From: a virus
Taxonomy: Duplodnaviria > Heunggongvirae > Uroviricota > Caudoviricetes
Length of the DNA stretch: 64,000 bases
Virus record (IMG/VR): IMGVR_UViG_3300045988_154997
Coordinates: 1 to 64,000 of that record
Reading direction: 5' to 3' (one strand)
The notes beneath the pieces are model-generated. The model saw only the letters and a list, made by a program, of their open reading frames with translations, did no database searches and was not told where the DNA came from. The translations under genes were made by a program, and so were the position numbers. Position 1 is the stretch's first letter; the number at the start of each line of letters is the position of its first letter. Positions 8,987 to 18,761 of this stretch are shown here, piece by piece.

Positions 8987-9396
8987 TTGCTCACCTCATA
9001 GATGACCGGTCGATGGTGAGAGTCGGCTAAAGCGGCACGGAGTCGAGGATCGTGCACCAGCGCAGCGATAAGCAGATCGCCTTTATGCTCCGCTAATGTG
9101 CGCTTAATATGCTTCTCATAACTGGTGCCATTTGGTACGAGATGAAGCCAGTCATAATCAACGCCAAAATCTTTCAGCCATCGTTTAGTTGGCGCTTCAA
9201 GAGTTTCAGAGCGGCTACTGATAAGCACCACTTCAGCCCCTGAGCGAGCAAAACCACGCAACATACGGCTGGTGGGGAAAATGAGTTCATCACCGGCAAT
9301 GAGCTGGCCTGCATCCGCGTCAGATACTGATTTACGATGGCTGGCATTTGCCAGCACACCTTCAATTTCGCATAAGACATACATACCTCTTGCCAT
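8983..9396 (-). CDS. hypothetical protein (possible hydrolase/nucleotidase; not supported by catalytic motifs)
   Basis: ORF-track start 9444 overlaps the thyA 3' end; ATG at 9396 gives stop/start overlap TGA-T-ATG with thyA. N-terminal VLCEIEGVL is HAD-motif-like but has Glu where HAD enzymes have Asp. Confidence 0.4.
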   Translation of the reverse strand: MARGMYVLCEIEGVLANASHRKSVSDADAGQLIAGDELIFPTSRMLRGFARSGAEVVLISSRSETLEAPTKRWLKDFGVDYDWLHLVPNGTSYEKHIKRTLAEHKGDLLIAALVHDPRLRAALADSHHRPVIYEVSK

Positions 9397-9397
9397 A

Positions 9398-10528
9398 TCA
9401 CACCGCCACTGGAACCTTGATCCACGGTAGAGGGTCATAGCCAAGAATTAAAACTTCGTCCCATTTGAAATCATCCAACTCTGACCATTCATGAGGGAAA
9501 ATAACGACCGGATCTGAATGCTCTGGAGCCTGTCGTTTCATTAGCTCACACACACCTTCCATGTGGTTGTTGTACAAATGCACGTCAAAGCCAAAATGCA
9601 CAAATGCACCGGCCATGTGACCCGTAATCTTCGCGAGAAAATGAGTGAGAATGCCATAGCCAGCAATATTGAATGGCATACCAACAAAAGTGTCTACGCT
9701 ACGCTGTACGAGGCAGGAGTTGAGGATGCGTTTGGGGATTCCAAGTTCATCCAGTTCAGCTTCAGTAACACTGCCGTCCATCTCCAGATCGTATAGCATC
9801 TTGGTGTAGATAGACTCGTAACCGAGGCGACTGTGTTGAAGACCAATGTCAGTTGCCATCGTTAAACGGGTTTCAAAATCCAGCTCACGACTCCACAAAG
9901 AGAAGACAAAGTGGCAAGGTGGCAGTTTCATATCCTCAAGCTCGCCTACGTTCCATGCGTTAAGCATGATGCGACGATCGGTAGGGTTCGTGCGCAGTGT
10001 ATCGACAATACGCTGTAGCTGATCGATTTCACGGGACAGCACTACGCGATCTTCACTGATACCCAGGTATCCCTCGACTTTGTACCCGCGTTCACGGAAA
10101 GTAGCGATCTTGCTCAGATATTCACTATGGCTCACGATGCGGGTATCTTCCCATCGACGCCACTGCTTACCGTAAACCGGCCCCAAATCGCCATTCTCAT
10201 CGGCCCATGCATCCCAAATCTTAACGCCGTTATCCTTGAGAAATTGGATGTTGCCCGTGCCTTTCAGATACCACTCAAGTTCGACAAGCAGTGGCTTAAG
10301 ATTTACCGCCTTTCCAGAAATAAGCGGCACAGTCCCACCAGTAAGCATGTAGTAAGAGGGAACGTAGCAGGTGCTTAAAGTACCAGTGCCTGTGCGATCA
10401 TCAGCCTGCACGCCGCTTTTAAGCACCGTCTCAATAACTTTTGCATACGATGCGTTTGTTACCTGACCGTTCGTATGCTCACGATTCAAAAGGAGTGACA
10501 CAAAAACCTCACAAAGATAAGTAATCAC
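9398..10528 (-). CDS. thyA: Thymidylate synthase (ThyA)
   Basis: DRTGTGTLS, WADENGDLGPVYGKQWRRW and C-terminal IKVPVAV match ThyA; ORF begins with GTG at 10528, true start uncertain. Confidence 0.85.
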   Translation of the reverse strand: MITYLCEVFVSLLLNREHTNGQVTNASYAKVIETVLKSGVQADDRTGTGTLSTCYVPSYYMLTGGTVPLISGKAVNLKPLLVELEWYLKGTGNIQFLKDNGVKIWDAWADENGDLGPVYGKQWRRWEDTRIVSHSEYLSKIATFRERGYKVEGYLGISEDRVVLSREIDQLQRIVDTLRTNPTDRRIMLNAWNVGELEDMKLPPCHFVFSLWSRELDFETRLTMATDIGLQHSRLGYESIYTKMLYDLEMDGSVTEAELDELGIPKRILNSCLVQRSVDTFVGMPFNIAGYGILTHFLAKITGHMAGAFVHFGFDVHLYNNHMEGVCELMKRQAPEHSDPVVIFPHEWSELDDFKWDEVLILGYDPLPWIKVPVAV

Positions 10529-10578
10529 TTATTCATTAAGTGAGTTTACATTTATTGAGGAAACAAGGCCAGATAGAT

Positions 10579-10605
10579 AAAAAAAATGGTGGCCTATGGC
10601 CACCA
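10579..10605 (-). terminator. Rho-independent terminator (TGGTGGCC-tat-GGCCACCA followed by 8 T on minus strand)
   Basis: Read directly; 3' of the 10674..11543 gene. Confidence 0.65.
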
Positions 10606-10673
10606 AAAACGAATAGTTGCTTCAGGAATTTAACGCGCCAACACAATATACATAGATAGATAACTACCTACAA

Positions 10674-11543
10674 TTATTTTTTGATCATTCCGTACATTGC
10701 TGAGGCTTTAGCTTGCTCAACAAAGGAGGATAAATCGACATCACTATAGGTTGGAGACTTCAGAATCTTTCCATCGGAAATTCGAAAACCGATCATCTTA
10801 TCGGTACCATCAGCATGGCGAAATCCCAGGTCTGAAGAGTCGTATTTGCAGTTGGCCACAGCCTGGCGACGTTCCTCGACATCAGCAGGCCATAATTTTG
10901 TCATGTTAGACCGATGAATTTCGCCAACCAGCTCGACTACATTGATGCCGAGGAAATCAGCCAGTCGATAGGTCATCATGCACGCCACATAGATTTTGTT
11001 CATGACACGGCGCAGTTCCTGAATCAGCTCAGAATCCTTAACAGTCTTGTTCTCAAGTTTATCTGCCAGCTCTTCGAGCATACATGACGCCTCACGAGCT
11101 TCCTGAAATGGCATTGCCATATCATCGAAAACAGTGTTACCAGGCACAAAAATTGTCTGCATAAAGCGATCAATGCTCTGTTCCTGCGTGTAATAGGTCA
11201 TGCCGGTAGAAATACCACCTTTGATGGCGACCATCGTACCAACACCAACGTATAAAAAGTCGGCCATTGCATCCAGCAGTTGCTCAATATCCCCATTCAT
11301 TGCGGCTGGAATACCTTCCACTACAGCTTCTTCATGAATCAGGCTTGCACGGAGACGAAGCAGCTCTGGTGTCGGCATAACGCGTCTCGGATGCTGGAAG
11401 AGTTCATGAAACTGATCGACCATCTTGTAAATACTTTCAGTGGCTACACCATGGCCTTCATGCAACTCATATGGTTCTGGCTTAAATCCAATGAGTCGAT
11501 CGGTGGCAAGTTTCAGGTGGTCAGTCAGTTTGGTAAAGTTCAT
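10674..11543 (-). CDS. hypothetical protein; possibly all-alpha NTP pyrophosphohydrolase (MazG/dimeric dUTPase-like)
   Basis: 289-aa ORF; acidic helical motifs HEEAVVEG...DIEQLLDAMADFLYV are suggestive only. Confidence 0.35.
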   Translation of the reverse strand: MNFTKLTDHLKLATDRLIGFKPEPYELHEGHGVATESIYKMVDQFHELFQHPRRVMPTPELLRLRASLIHEEAVVEGIPAAMNGDIEQLLDAMADFLYVGVGTMVAIKGGISTGMTYYTQEQSIDRFMQTIFVPGNTVFDDMAMPFQEAREASCMLEELADKLENKTVKDSELIQELRRVMNKIYVACMMTYRLADFLGINVVELVGEIHRSNMTKLWPADVEERRQAVANCKYDSSDLGFRHADGTDKMIGFRISDGKILKSPTYSDVDLSSFVEQAKASAMYGMIKK

Positions 11544-11620
11544 GCTAGTTTTGTTCCTTCTTAATTCTTGTGATCCATTGTGGCCCAGCGTTGCCAGGCC
11601 ACATAATGCTTTGTATCGGT

Positions 11621-12763
11621 TTACAGGTCTGCAAACTGGCTTAGAGAAGCCTTATCCACGGTAGAATCGATCTGACCTACCAGATATGTGCTTTGCTCTG
11701 CCTCTTGTGGTGCAATTTGCAGTGTGTCGGTTAACAACCACTTGTTCATCCAGACCAGCGGATCAGTGGTAACTTCTGGAAATAAAGCCTTCAGGCCAAG
11801 ACGATTCATAGCCAGATTGGTTCGGTATTTTACATAGGTCTTCAGAATATCCGCGTTTAAACCAATCATCGAACCGTCTTTGAAGAGATAGTCTGCCCAG
11901 TTCATTTCTTGTTCGGCGACTGATTTCATGGTGTCGTAAATGACGTTTTCTTCATCAGCAGCAATCTCTTTCCACAATAAACCTTCGCGACCGGTACGCA
12001 TGAAGCGGATCATGCGTTCAGTTCCTTCGCAATGCAGAGCTTCATCACGGGCAATAAAGCGCATAATTTTGGTGTTACCCTCAAGCAACTTCCGTTCGCC
12101 AAAGGCAAACGTACATGCAAAACTTACATAGAAACGGATCGCCTCAAGCGCATTAATGGACACCAACGTGCGGAAAAGCTGACGGTGCAAAGGGTATGGC
12201 TCCCAGCCATATTCATTTACGTACAGACGTTCAAACTCTTTCTCACCTAACGACTGGCGCTCGCAGGTCATCCCATAAAGCCTGTCATATTCAGCAGAGA
12301 TACTGATCGCTCGGTTGATGATTTCTTCATCCGTAACAATACCGTCAAAAACAATGCTCGGATCGTCCACCATGCCACGAATAATGTGGGTGTAGCTGCG
12401 GCTATGGATAGTCTCAGAGAAAGACCATGTTTCAACCCACGTTTCCAGTTCAGGAATAGAGATAAGCGGCAGCAACGTTGCATTTGGGCTACGTCCCTGA
12501 ACTGAATCGAGTAACGTTTGATAACGGAGATTGCTCAGAAAAATGTGACGTTCGTGGTCCCGCAGCTTCGTGTTGAAGTCGATACGATCGCTCGAAATAT
12601 CAACTTCTTCCGGCCGCCAGAAGAAAGACAATTGACGTTCAATCAACTTTTCAAAATCACGGTATTTTTGCTGATCGTAACGTGCCACGTTGACAGATTG
12701 TCCGAGGAACATAGGCTCTTTGGTTGCATCATTAGCACCCAAACGGAACGTTGAATATGACAT
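11621..12763 (-). CDS. nrdB: Ribonucleotide reductase class Ia beta subunit (NrdB)
   Basis: [34 protein letters not shown]... near-identical in pattern to E. coli NrdB N-terminus; start set at ATG 12763 (shared initiation sequence), not 12799. Confidence 0.9.
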   Translation of the reverse strand: MSYSTFRLGANDATKEPMFLGQSVNVARYDQQKYRDFEKLIERQLSFFWRPEEVDISSDRIDFNTKLRDHERHIFLSNLRYQTLLDSVQGRSPNATLLPLISIPELETWVETWSFSETIHSRSYTHIIRGMVDDPSIVFDGIVTDEEIINRAISISAEYDRLYGMTCERQSLGEKEFERLYVNEYGWEPYPLHRQLFRTLVSINALEAIRFYVSFACTFAFGERKLLEGNTKIMRFIARDEALHCEGTERMIRFMRTGREGLLWKEIAADEENVIYDTMKSVAEQEMNWADYLFKDGSMIGLNADILKTYVKYRTNLAMNRLGLKALFPEVTTDPLVWMNKWLLTDTLQIAPQEAEQSTYLVGQIDSTVDKASLSQFADL

Positions 12764-12790
12764 GTGTTTTTCCTTTTGCTTTTTGATATG

Positions 12791-12826
12791 TTTAAACAAG
12801 TTGTTATCTTATTTGTTTAAACAAGG
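12791..12826. promoter_or_regulatory. recurrent palindrome 'TTTAAACAAGTTGTTATCTTA' plus adjacent partial copy, upstream of nrdB (representative of 'TAAGAAAACAAnTTGTTTAA' family)
   Basis: Same element upstream of start codons at 1824, 2547, 24214, 52895, 56907 (read by eye). Confidence 0.4.
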
Positions 12827-12829
12827 CTT

Positions 12830-12863
12830 ACAAATCAAAGAGAAGGTGGGGATATACCCCACC
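12830..12863 (-). terminator. hairpin (GGTGGGG-atata-CCCCACC) with T-rich tail between nrdA and nrdB; terminator/attenuator
   Basis: Read directly, immediately 3' of nrdA stop. Confidence 0.45.
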
Positions 12864-12868
12864 ATATG

Positions 12869-15184
12869 TCAGATTTTGCAGGCTCCGTCGCACTCATCTT
12901 CTGGCTCGACGGCAACAGCTTGCGTAAGTGGATTCTTCGGTTCGTCGTCATCACGCTTTCCTGCCCCATCTCTGGTGTTGTGGTAGTAAAGCGTTTTAAC
13001 TCCCATCTTGTAGGCGAGAAGCAAATCTGACAGTAGCGTCATCATTGGGACTTTATCGCCTTCAAAGCGAGAAGGGTCATAGTTGGTATTGGCTGAAATA
13101 GCCTGGTCAAAGAACTTCTGGATGATCGCCACCTTTGTCAGATAGCCGCGGTTGTCCGGCATATCCCACAGGTATTCATACTGTTCCTTCAGTTTTTCAA
13201 ACTCAGGCACGACCATCTTAACGATGCCGTCCTTAGAAGATTTCACCGACACCGGGCCACGAGGCGGTTCGATGCCGTTGGTGGAATTAGTGATCTGGCT
13301 GGAAGTCTCGCATGGCATTTGTGCCGTCAGTGTGGAGTTGCGAAGGCCGTATTTTGCAATACGTTCACGCAGTTCTTCCCACGGCATCTTTAACTCAAAG
13401 TTGGTTTCGCCACTTTCGTCTAATGAAGAACGGTAATGGTCGATCGGCAACTGACCAATTGCGTACTTGGTCTGCTCAAACCAGTCACACTCACCTTTTG
13501 CTTCAGCAAGTCGGCAGCTGGCATCAAGAAGGTAATACTGGATAGCTTCGAACGTTTCATGCACCAGTTTATTGCCAGCGGTATCAGAATAACGAACGCC
13601 ATTCTTTGCCAGGTAATAAGCAAAGTTGGTTACACCAATTCCCAAGCTACGACGAGCTTTGGCAGGCACTTCGGCTGCCTCCATCGGATAGTCTTGATAA
13701 TCCAGTAACGAATCCAGTGCAGCAACGGCATAGAACGCCACCTCTTTAAGAGACTCCAGTGAACGGATGGCTCCGAGGTTAAAAGCGGATAAAGTGCATA
13801 GCGCGATCTCACCGTTCGGGTCGTCGGTAAATGCCAGTGGACGAGTGGGTAGAGTGATCTCCATGCACAGGTTTGACTGGCGGACAGGTGCAAGAGCAGG
13901 AATGAAAGCGCCATGCTCATTAATATGATCGACGTTCGCAATATAAATTCGGCCCGTGGACGCTCGTTCCTGCATCAGAGATGAGAACAGCTCAATGGCA
14001 GGTACTGACTTCTTGCGAATTGAATCATCGGCTTCGTATTTATGGTACAGCTTTTCAAACAGATCCTGGTCTGTGAAGAAGGCTTCGTACATATCAGGCA
14101 CATCATGCGGGCTGAACAGAGTGATGTTCTCGCTTCTGACGAGTCGACGGTACATTAGACGGTTACTCATGACGCCGTAATCAAGATGGCGAACGCGGTT
14201 TTCATCAATACCACGGTTATTTTTCACCACCAGCAGACTTTCAACTTCAAGATGCCAGATCGGGTAAAACGCTGTTGCTGCGCCACCACGAACACCACCT
14301 TGCGAACAAGATTTAACAGCCGTCTGGAAATGCTTCAGGAATGGAATAACTCCGGTATGGGTGGCTTCACCATTGCGGATCTTGCTGCCCAGCGCACGGA
14401 TACGGCCAAAACCAATACCAATTCCAGCACGACGTGAAACGTAGTCGATAATTGCGGCTGAAGCTGCACTAATCCCTTTCAGACTATCGCCAGACTCAAT
14501 CAGCACACAACTGGAGAACTGACGGGTTGGAGTACGGACGCCGGCCATGATTGGTGTGGGCAGAGACAGTTTGAACGTACTTGTAACGTCATAGAAACCT
14601 TTGACCATCTCCATACGTGTTTTGCCAGCGCAGTCGTCTTCCCAATTCTGGAACAGACACATGCCTACCAGCATATAGATATGTTGCGGCCCCTCATGAA
14701 TCTCACCAGTAACACGGTTTTGAACGAGGTATTTGCTTTGCAACTGCACCGTAGCTGCATAGCCAAAAAGATCGTCACGTTTCGGCTTAATGTAATTGCC
14801 GAGTTCTTCGATCTCTTCAAACGAATAATGTGTCAGCAAATCCTTGTCATAAACGCCCTTGTTAACGTTCTTGACAATGTGTTGGTAGAAGTTCGGATAG
14901 TCGTAACGACCGAAGGCATCTTTGCGGATTTTAAAAATGTTCAGGAGGGCAGCCACCTGTGAGTAATTTGGTGCTTCTGGTGAGATCAAATCAGCGGCAG
15001 ATTTAACCAAAGCCTCATGCAACTGGCTGGTGGTAATCCCATCAAAAATGCTGGCCGCAGCTCCCATTGCTACAGCGGATGCGCTTACACCACGAATGCC
15101 TTCTACGCCATACATTACGACGCGGTTGTATTTTTCTTCGGATAACGGCTCTGTTTGGCCGTTACGTTTTACGATGCTTATCAT
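12869..15184 (-). CDS. nrdA: Ribonucleotide reductase class Ia alpha subunit (NrdA)
   Basis: 771-aa ORF collinear with E. coli NrdA (e.g. VTGEI..., SLPTPIMAGVRTPTRQFSSCVLIE, NLCMEI, C-terminal DGACKI). Confidence 0.9.
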   Translation of the reverse strand: MISIVKRNGQTEPLSEEKYNRVVMYGVEGIRGVSASAVAMGAAASIFDGITTSQLHEALVKSAADLISPEAPNYSQVAALLNIFKIRKDAFGRYDYPNFYQHIVKNVNKGVYDKDLLTHYSFEEIEELGNYIKPKRDDLFGYAATVQLQSKYLVQNRVTGEIHEGPQHIYMLVGMCLFQNWEDDCAGKTRMEMVKGFYDVTSTFKLSLPTPIMAGVRTPTRQFSSCVLIESGDSLKGISAASAAIIDYVSRRAGIGIGFGRIRALGSKIRNGEATHTGVIPFLKHFQTAVKSCSQGGVRGGAATAFYPIWHLEVESLLVVKNNRGIDENRVRHLDYGVMSNRLMYRRLVRSENITLFSPHDVPDMYEAFFTDQDLFEKLYHKYEADDSIRKKSVPAIELFSSLMQERASTGRIYIANVDHINEHGAFIPALAPVRQSNLCMEITLPTRPLAFTDDPNGEIALCTLSAFNLGAIRSLESLKEVAFYAVAALDSLLDYQDYPMEAAEVPAKARRSLGIGVTNFAYYLAKNGVRYSDTAGNKLVHETFEAIQYYLLDASCRLAEAKGECDWFEQTKYAIGQLPIDHYRSSLDESGETNFELKMPWEELRERIAKYGLRNSTLTAQMPCETSSQITNSTNGIEPPRGPVSVKSSKDGIVKMVVPEFEKLKEQYEYLWDMPDNRGYLTKVAIIQKFFDQAISANTNYDPSRFEGDKVPMMTLLSDLLLAYKMGVKTLYYHNTRDGAGKRDDDEPKNPLTQAVAVEPEDECDGACKI

Positions 15185-15192
15185 GTATCACC

Positions 15193-15223
15193 AAATAAAG
15201 AGGGCCACTAAATATAGTGGCCC
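15193..15223 (-). terminator. hairpin (GGGCCACTA-aata-TAGTGGCCC) with T-rich tail on minus strand
   Basis: Read directly; 3' of the RuvC-like gene, 5' of nrdA. Confidence 0.45.
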
Positions 15224-15257
15224 ATGTTAATAGATAAGCACTTACCTATCAATGAAA

Positions 15258-15827
15258 TCAAATGAGAGACTTAAGAACATCGCGCACCTGGCGGAACTGA
15301 TCTGTTTGCATACCGGTATGGATGGCAGCCACCGCATCAGCCAAATGTTCGTTTTTGTTCACGAGAACATCCTGTCCAGATTGCTTACGACGCAGCCACG
15401 GTGCTTTAGGGTGTTTTTTCGTAGCCCACTGGATAATCTCTTCTTTCGATGTAGTAAGTTTATTGCCGACAAAATGCTTGATTTCGTTTGGAGTAACCTG
15501 GATCAATGGCTTATCCACACACGCAAGTACACCGATACAAATACCGTAAGACGTCTGCGAACGAGAGTTTTGGCTCCCAACCGGTAGCTCACAAAAAACC
15601 ATATTTGCCTTATCAATGATTGGCTTCGCAACACGCCATATTTCACTGGCGCGGCGCAGATCGTCACTGTTCACACGAACGGTCTTTTTGTTACTCCCCG
15701 CTTTAGTCTCAACAAGAGTAAGGCCGTGAATCTCAAGTTCGTCCGTCTCAAGGTCTAAAGTGCCCACAGCAAGCCCAAAGTTGCTCATTGAGGGATCAAC
15801 ACCAACTACGCTGATTTTTTTACTCAT
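15258..15827 (-). CDS. RuvC-like Holliday junction resolvase
   Basis: N-terminal VVGVDPSMSNFGLAVG and C-terminal HLADAVAAIHTG resemble RuvC catalytic and ADAxDALAIA motifs. Confidence 0.6.
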   Translation of the reverse strand: MSKKISVVGVDPSMSNFGLAVGTLDLETDELEIHGLTLVETKAGSNKKTVRVNSDDLRRASEIWRVAKPIIDKANMVFCELPVGSQNSRSQTSYGICIGVLACVDKPLIQVTPNEIKHFVGNKLTTSKEEIIQWATKKHPKAPWLRRKQSGQDVLVNKNEHLADAVAAIHTGMQTDQFRQVRDVLKSLI

Positions 15828-15836
15828 ATAGTCTCC

Positions 15837-16580
15837 TTACCATGTTCCCCATATAGGGTTTTCCAATAATCTCGCCTCCAACGAATTGGCTACTATTGCC
15901 GTTTGCAACGTTGGTTGGGGATAGTTTGCAAAGTCTGAATACTCATTTTCCTGCGTGACACGTTTATCTGCGGCATGTTTAACACCACTTGCTATGAAAT
16001 GACGCATGATGCCCAACAGCCTCCGACTGTCTGCACTATCGTTTGCTAAAACATGAGGGAGCTGAAGTTCGATTTCTACCATTTCTCCATACTTACCAAC
16101 AAACTGTAGTTTGTCCGCACTGTACTTTTTATCCCTCCTTTGGATAAGGAAACCAGTAAAAGCATCACCTGGCGATGCCAAACTATCCACCCGCTTATTG
16201 GCAAGTCGAATAAGGTTCGTGAAAGCCATACAGTGATGCGCACCCATTCCCCCAAAGAACCCTTCGCTATTAATGTTAAGATCTTCAGTTTCATGGGATG
16301 CAATAAACCCAGGCCCGACGTTGGGAAGATATCCCCCCTCAACAAAAGGATTAATCAGGATCGGCGCAATACATCCAGGTGGTAGTGATTTCAAACTTTG
16401 CATCAATGGCGTCTCGGATATTAGACCAAGCAACGCGGCGAATTGTACTCCGTCAATATTGTTGCTGCCCCACAGAATACGTGGAGCCGCACCATTGGAA
16501 GTATGCCCATTGATCAGTTTTATCGACTGCATCACTGCAAATACCTGCAAAAACTGCGAGCGGCTTAATTTAAACGACAT
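15837..16580 (-). CDS. hypothetical protein
   Basis: 247-aa ORF, overlaps the 3' end of the SbcC-like gene by 11 nt. Confidence 0.5.
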   Translation of the reverse strand: MSFKLSRSQFLQVFAVMQSIKLINGHTSNGAAPRILWGSNNIDGVQFAALLGLISETPLMQSLKSLPPGCIAPILINPFVEGGYLPNVGPGFIASHETEDLNINSEGFFGGMGAHHCMAFTNLIRLANKRVDSLASPGDAFTGFLIQRRDKKYSADKLQFVGKYGEMVEIELQLPHVLANDSADSRRLLGIMRHFIASGVKHAADKRVTQENEYSDFANYPQPTLQTAIVANSLEARLLENPIWGTW

Positions 16581-18486
16581 AGCTGCGCCCCTCTTTAACT
16601 TCCAGCGTAATAGTTTCCCGGAACCATGACTTCATCTCTTTATGGGAGATAATCAGCACAGTACCTCGCTCGCGAGCTTTGGACTCCAGAATACCCATGA
16701 GGCGTTCAAGACCGGCTGTATCGAGTGCATCGTCAATTTCGTCGCCGATAAACAAATCGATGTTTTTACTCGCCCGGTTACTAACCAGATCCTGCAATGC
16801 CAAAGAACACGCAATGCGAACCTTCCGCTTCTCACCACCAGAGAGGGTCTGGAACGACTTACTTGAACCTTTCTTCTGCACACTAATGTTGAATTTGTCG
16901 CGATACTCACCTTTTTTAGTGACATCCATCGTCGACCACTCAGCAGTAATATTCCCGTCAGACAACGTATTGAGATACTCGGCAGTGCGTGTATTCAGGA
17001 AAGGCGTAACAGACGTCAAAATATGAGAACGCACCCCGGCAGGAGAGTAGACCTGACGAGCTTTTTCCAATAGCAACGTTTGTTCCTGAATAGCCTTCAA
17101 CTCATCTTTTAAGGACTTGAAGGTAGACTTACTGGATACCAAGTTATCTTCGTGTCTGGCGATAAGAGCAATAAACGGATTAATCTCTTTTGATATACGA
17201 TCGACCTCAGTACGAGCACGAGTCACAAGAGACTCAATAGCAACAACCTCCTTCTCACGATGACGCAAAGATGAGAGTTGTTTCGTAAGCTCTTCAATCC
17301 GGGCAATGATAGCCGTTACATCAGGTGTCGTTTTAACAAGGGCAGACTCAATGCTTAACGCTTTCTCAAGATTCGTTTTGTGTTTAGCCATTGCCTCTGC
17401 AAGTGTCTTTGCCTGACCAATTTCCTGACGTGCTTGTTCAATGAAATTCTCCTTCACCGTTGATAGATCTTCTTCGCAGTAGGCTTTGCCACAAGTAGGG
17501 CATGGTGATCCCACTTTAGTACCAACCTCTTCTGCTTTGGTCTTAAAATTACGCGCGCGGTTCATTGCATCAGCCTGACTATTTTCTGTAGCTTTGATGC
17601 TTGCCCGAATATCAGTTATCGCACCACGAACTTTGAGCAACTTGGCGTCATGTTCTTCTTTTGAGGCTAACTTTTTGCGCTCACTTTCGATTGCCTTCTC
17701 GGTATCACGTATCTGTTCGGGAAGAGTGCGGATCTCAAGTTCAACTTCCGTTAACTCAACTTCGGCACTGGCCAGCCCAGCCAGGGCATCGTCATAACGT
17801 TTAGAACGCTCTTGCTCCCATGATTCAGAGGAGGCTTTCGCTGACTCAATTTCTGACTGTGTTGCCTCAATGGTCGAGATTGTCGACTCCAATTTGGTTT
17901 TAACCACATCCATACGTGCGGCAGCTGCATTAGCTCGCTCACGAGCAATAGCGTAGGCGCGTGTCAGTCTGTCAACGCCAGCGGCTTCTTCTACGATGGT
18001 TTTGAGGTTTTTGTCGGACATTCCAGGTAAATCTGGCATAGCTTCTTGGCTCGCATAGATGGAAGCCATGAAAACCTCTTTAGATGCACCGATCAGACGC
18101 TCGACGAACTCCTGCGTCAGCGCATCTTTGCCTTTCGTCATATCGCCATCTTCACCACGAACGATAAGACGATTTTTGAACTCTTTGTGTTTACGGTGAC
18201 GAATGATTGCGTATCTCTTGCCTTCATCCTCGATGGTTACTGCAACACGACAGTTCTTTTCATGGTCGGTAGACAACACATCGTCACCCTTCACACCATG
18301 AGCTGTTTCGCCATAAAGACACCACATCAGGCTATTCATTAGAGTTGACTTTCCAGAGCCATTACTTGATGCGGAACTATCATCACTATTAACACCCTGA
18401 ATAAGCACTAAACCACGCTGATCTAACTCGACCTCCGCGCTGGCGATAGCCATAAAATTCTCAACCTGGAGCTTTAAAAACTTCAT
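16570..18486 (-). CDS. sbcC: SbcC/Rad50-like recombination ATPase
   Basis: N-terminal LKLQVENFMAIASAEVELD...GVNSDDSSASSNGSGKSTLMNSLMWCLYGE (Walker A), long coiled-coil middle, C-terminal signature/Walker B region (LSGGEKRKVRIACSLAL...LFIGDEIDDALD). Confidence 0.75.
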   Translation of the reverse strand: MKFLKLQVENFMAIASAEVELDQRGLVLIQGVNSDDSSASSNGSGKSTLMNSLMWCLYGETAHGVKGDDVLSTDHEKNCRVAVTIEDEGKRYAIIRHRKHKEFKNRLIVRGEDGDMTKGKDALTQEFVERLIGASKEVFMASIYASQEAMPDLPGMSDKNLKTIVEEAAGVDRLTRAYAIARERANAAAARMDVVKTKLESTISTIEATQSEIESAKASSESWEQERSKRYDDALAGLASAEVELTEVELEIRTLPEQIRDTEKAIESERKKLASKEEHDAKLLKVRGAITDIRASIKATENSQADAMNRARNFKTKAEEVGTKVGSPCPTCGKAYCEEDLSTVKENFIEQARQEIGQAKTLAEAMAKHKTNLEKALSIESALVKTTPDVTAIIARIEELTKQLSSLRHREKEVVAIESLVTRARTEVDRISKEINPFIALIARHEDNLVSSKSTFKSLKDELKAIQEQTLLLEKARQVYSPAGVRSHILTSVTPFLNTRTAEYLNTLSDGNITAEWSTMDVTKKGEYRDKFNISVQKKGSSKSFQTLSGGEKRKVRIACSLALQDLVSNRASKNIDLFIGDEIDDALDTAGLERLMGILESKARERGTVLIISHKEMKSWFRETITLEVKEGRSYVV

Positions 18487-18761
18487 ATAACACCTTTGAT
18501 ACCGTGTGTTAGCTTTTGACCTTCTTTCAATCTGAACTCCGTATGCGCCGGGAAGGATCTGCGCCTCAATACGCCTTTTCTTGTTAACCTTCCAAGATAA
18601 AACGCTACGGGATTTCCTTGTGGCGGGTAGGGCTTGTGAAACATCACCGTCTGGCCTCGTTCAAGTCTTTTCATCGTGATGGCAAAGTCTCGAAAGCTCC
18701 CATAACGACTTTGCTTCACACAGCCTCCGAACTCTCCGCTTCGGTGAGGATTTCCTGACAC
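18483..18761 (-). CDS. hypothetical small protein between SbcD-like and SbcC-like genes
   Basis: 92-aa ORF overlapping both neighbours; may be spurious. Confidence 0.3.
   Translation of the reverse strand: MSGNPHRSGEFGGCVKQSRYGSFRDFAITMKRLERGQTVMFHKPYPPQGNPVAFYLGRLTRKGVLRRRSFPAHTEFRLKEGQKLTHGIKGVI

Noticed and set aside
8983-9396. Calling the 137-aa protein a HAD-family 5'-deoxyribonucleotidase
   Set aside because: The motif-I-like segment has Glu at both positions where HAD enzymes require Asp (EIEGVL instead of DxDGxL); kept as hypothetical.
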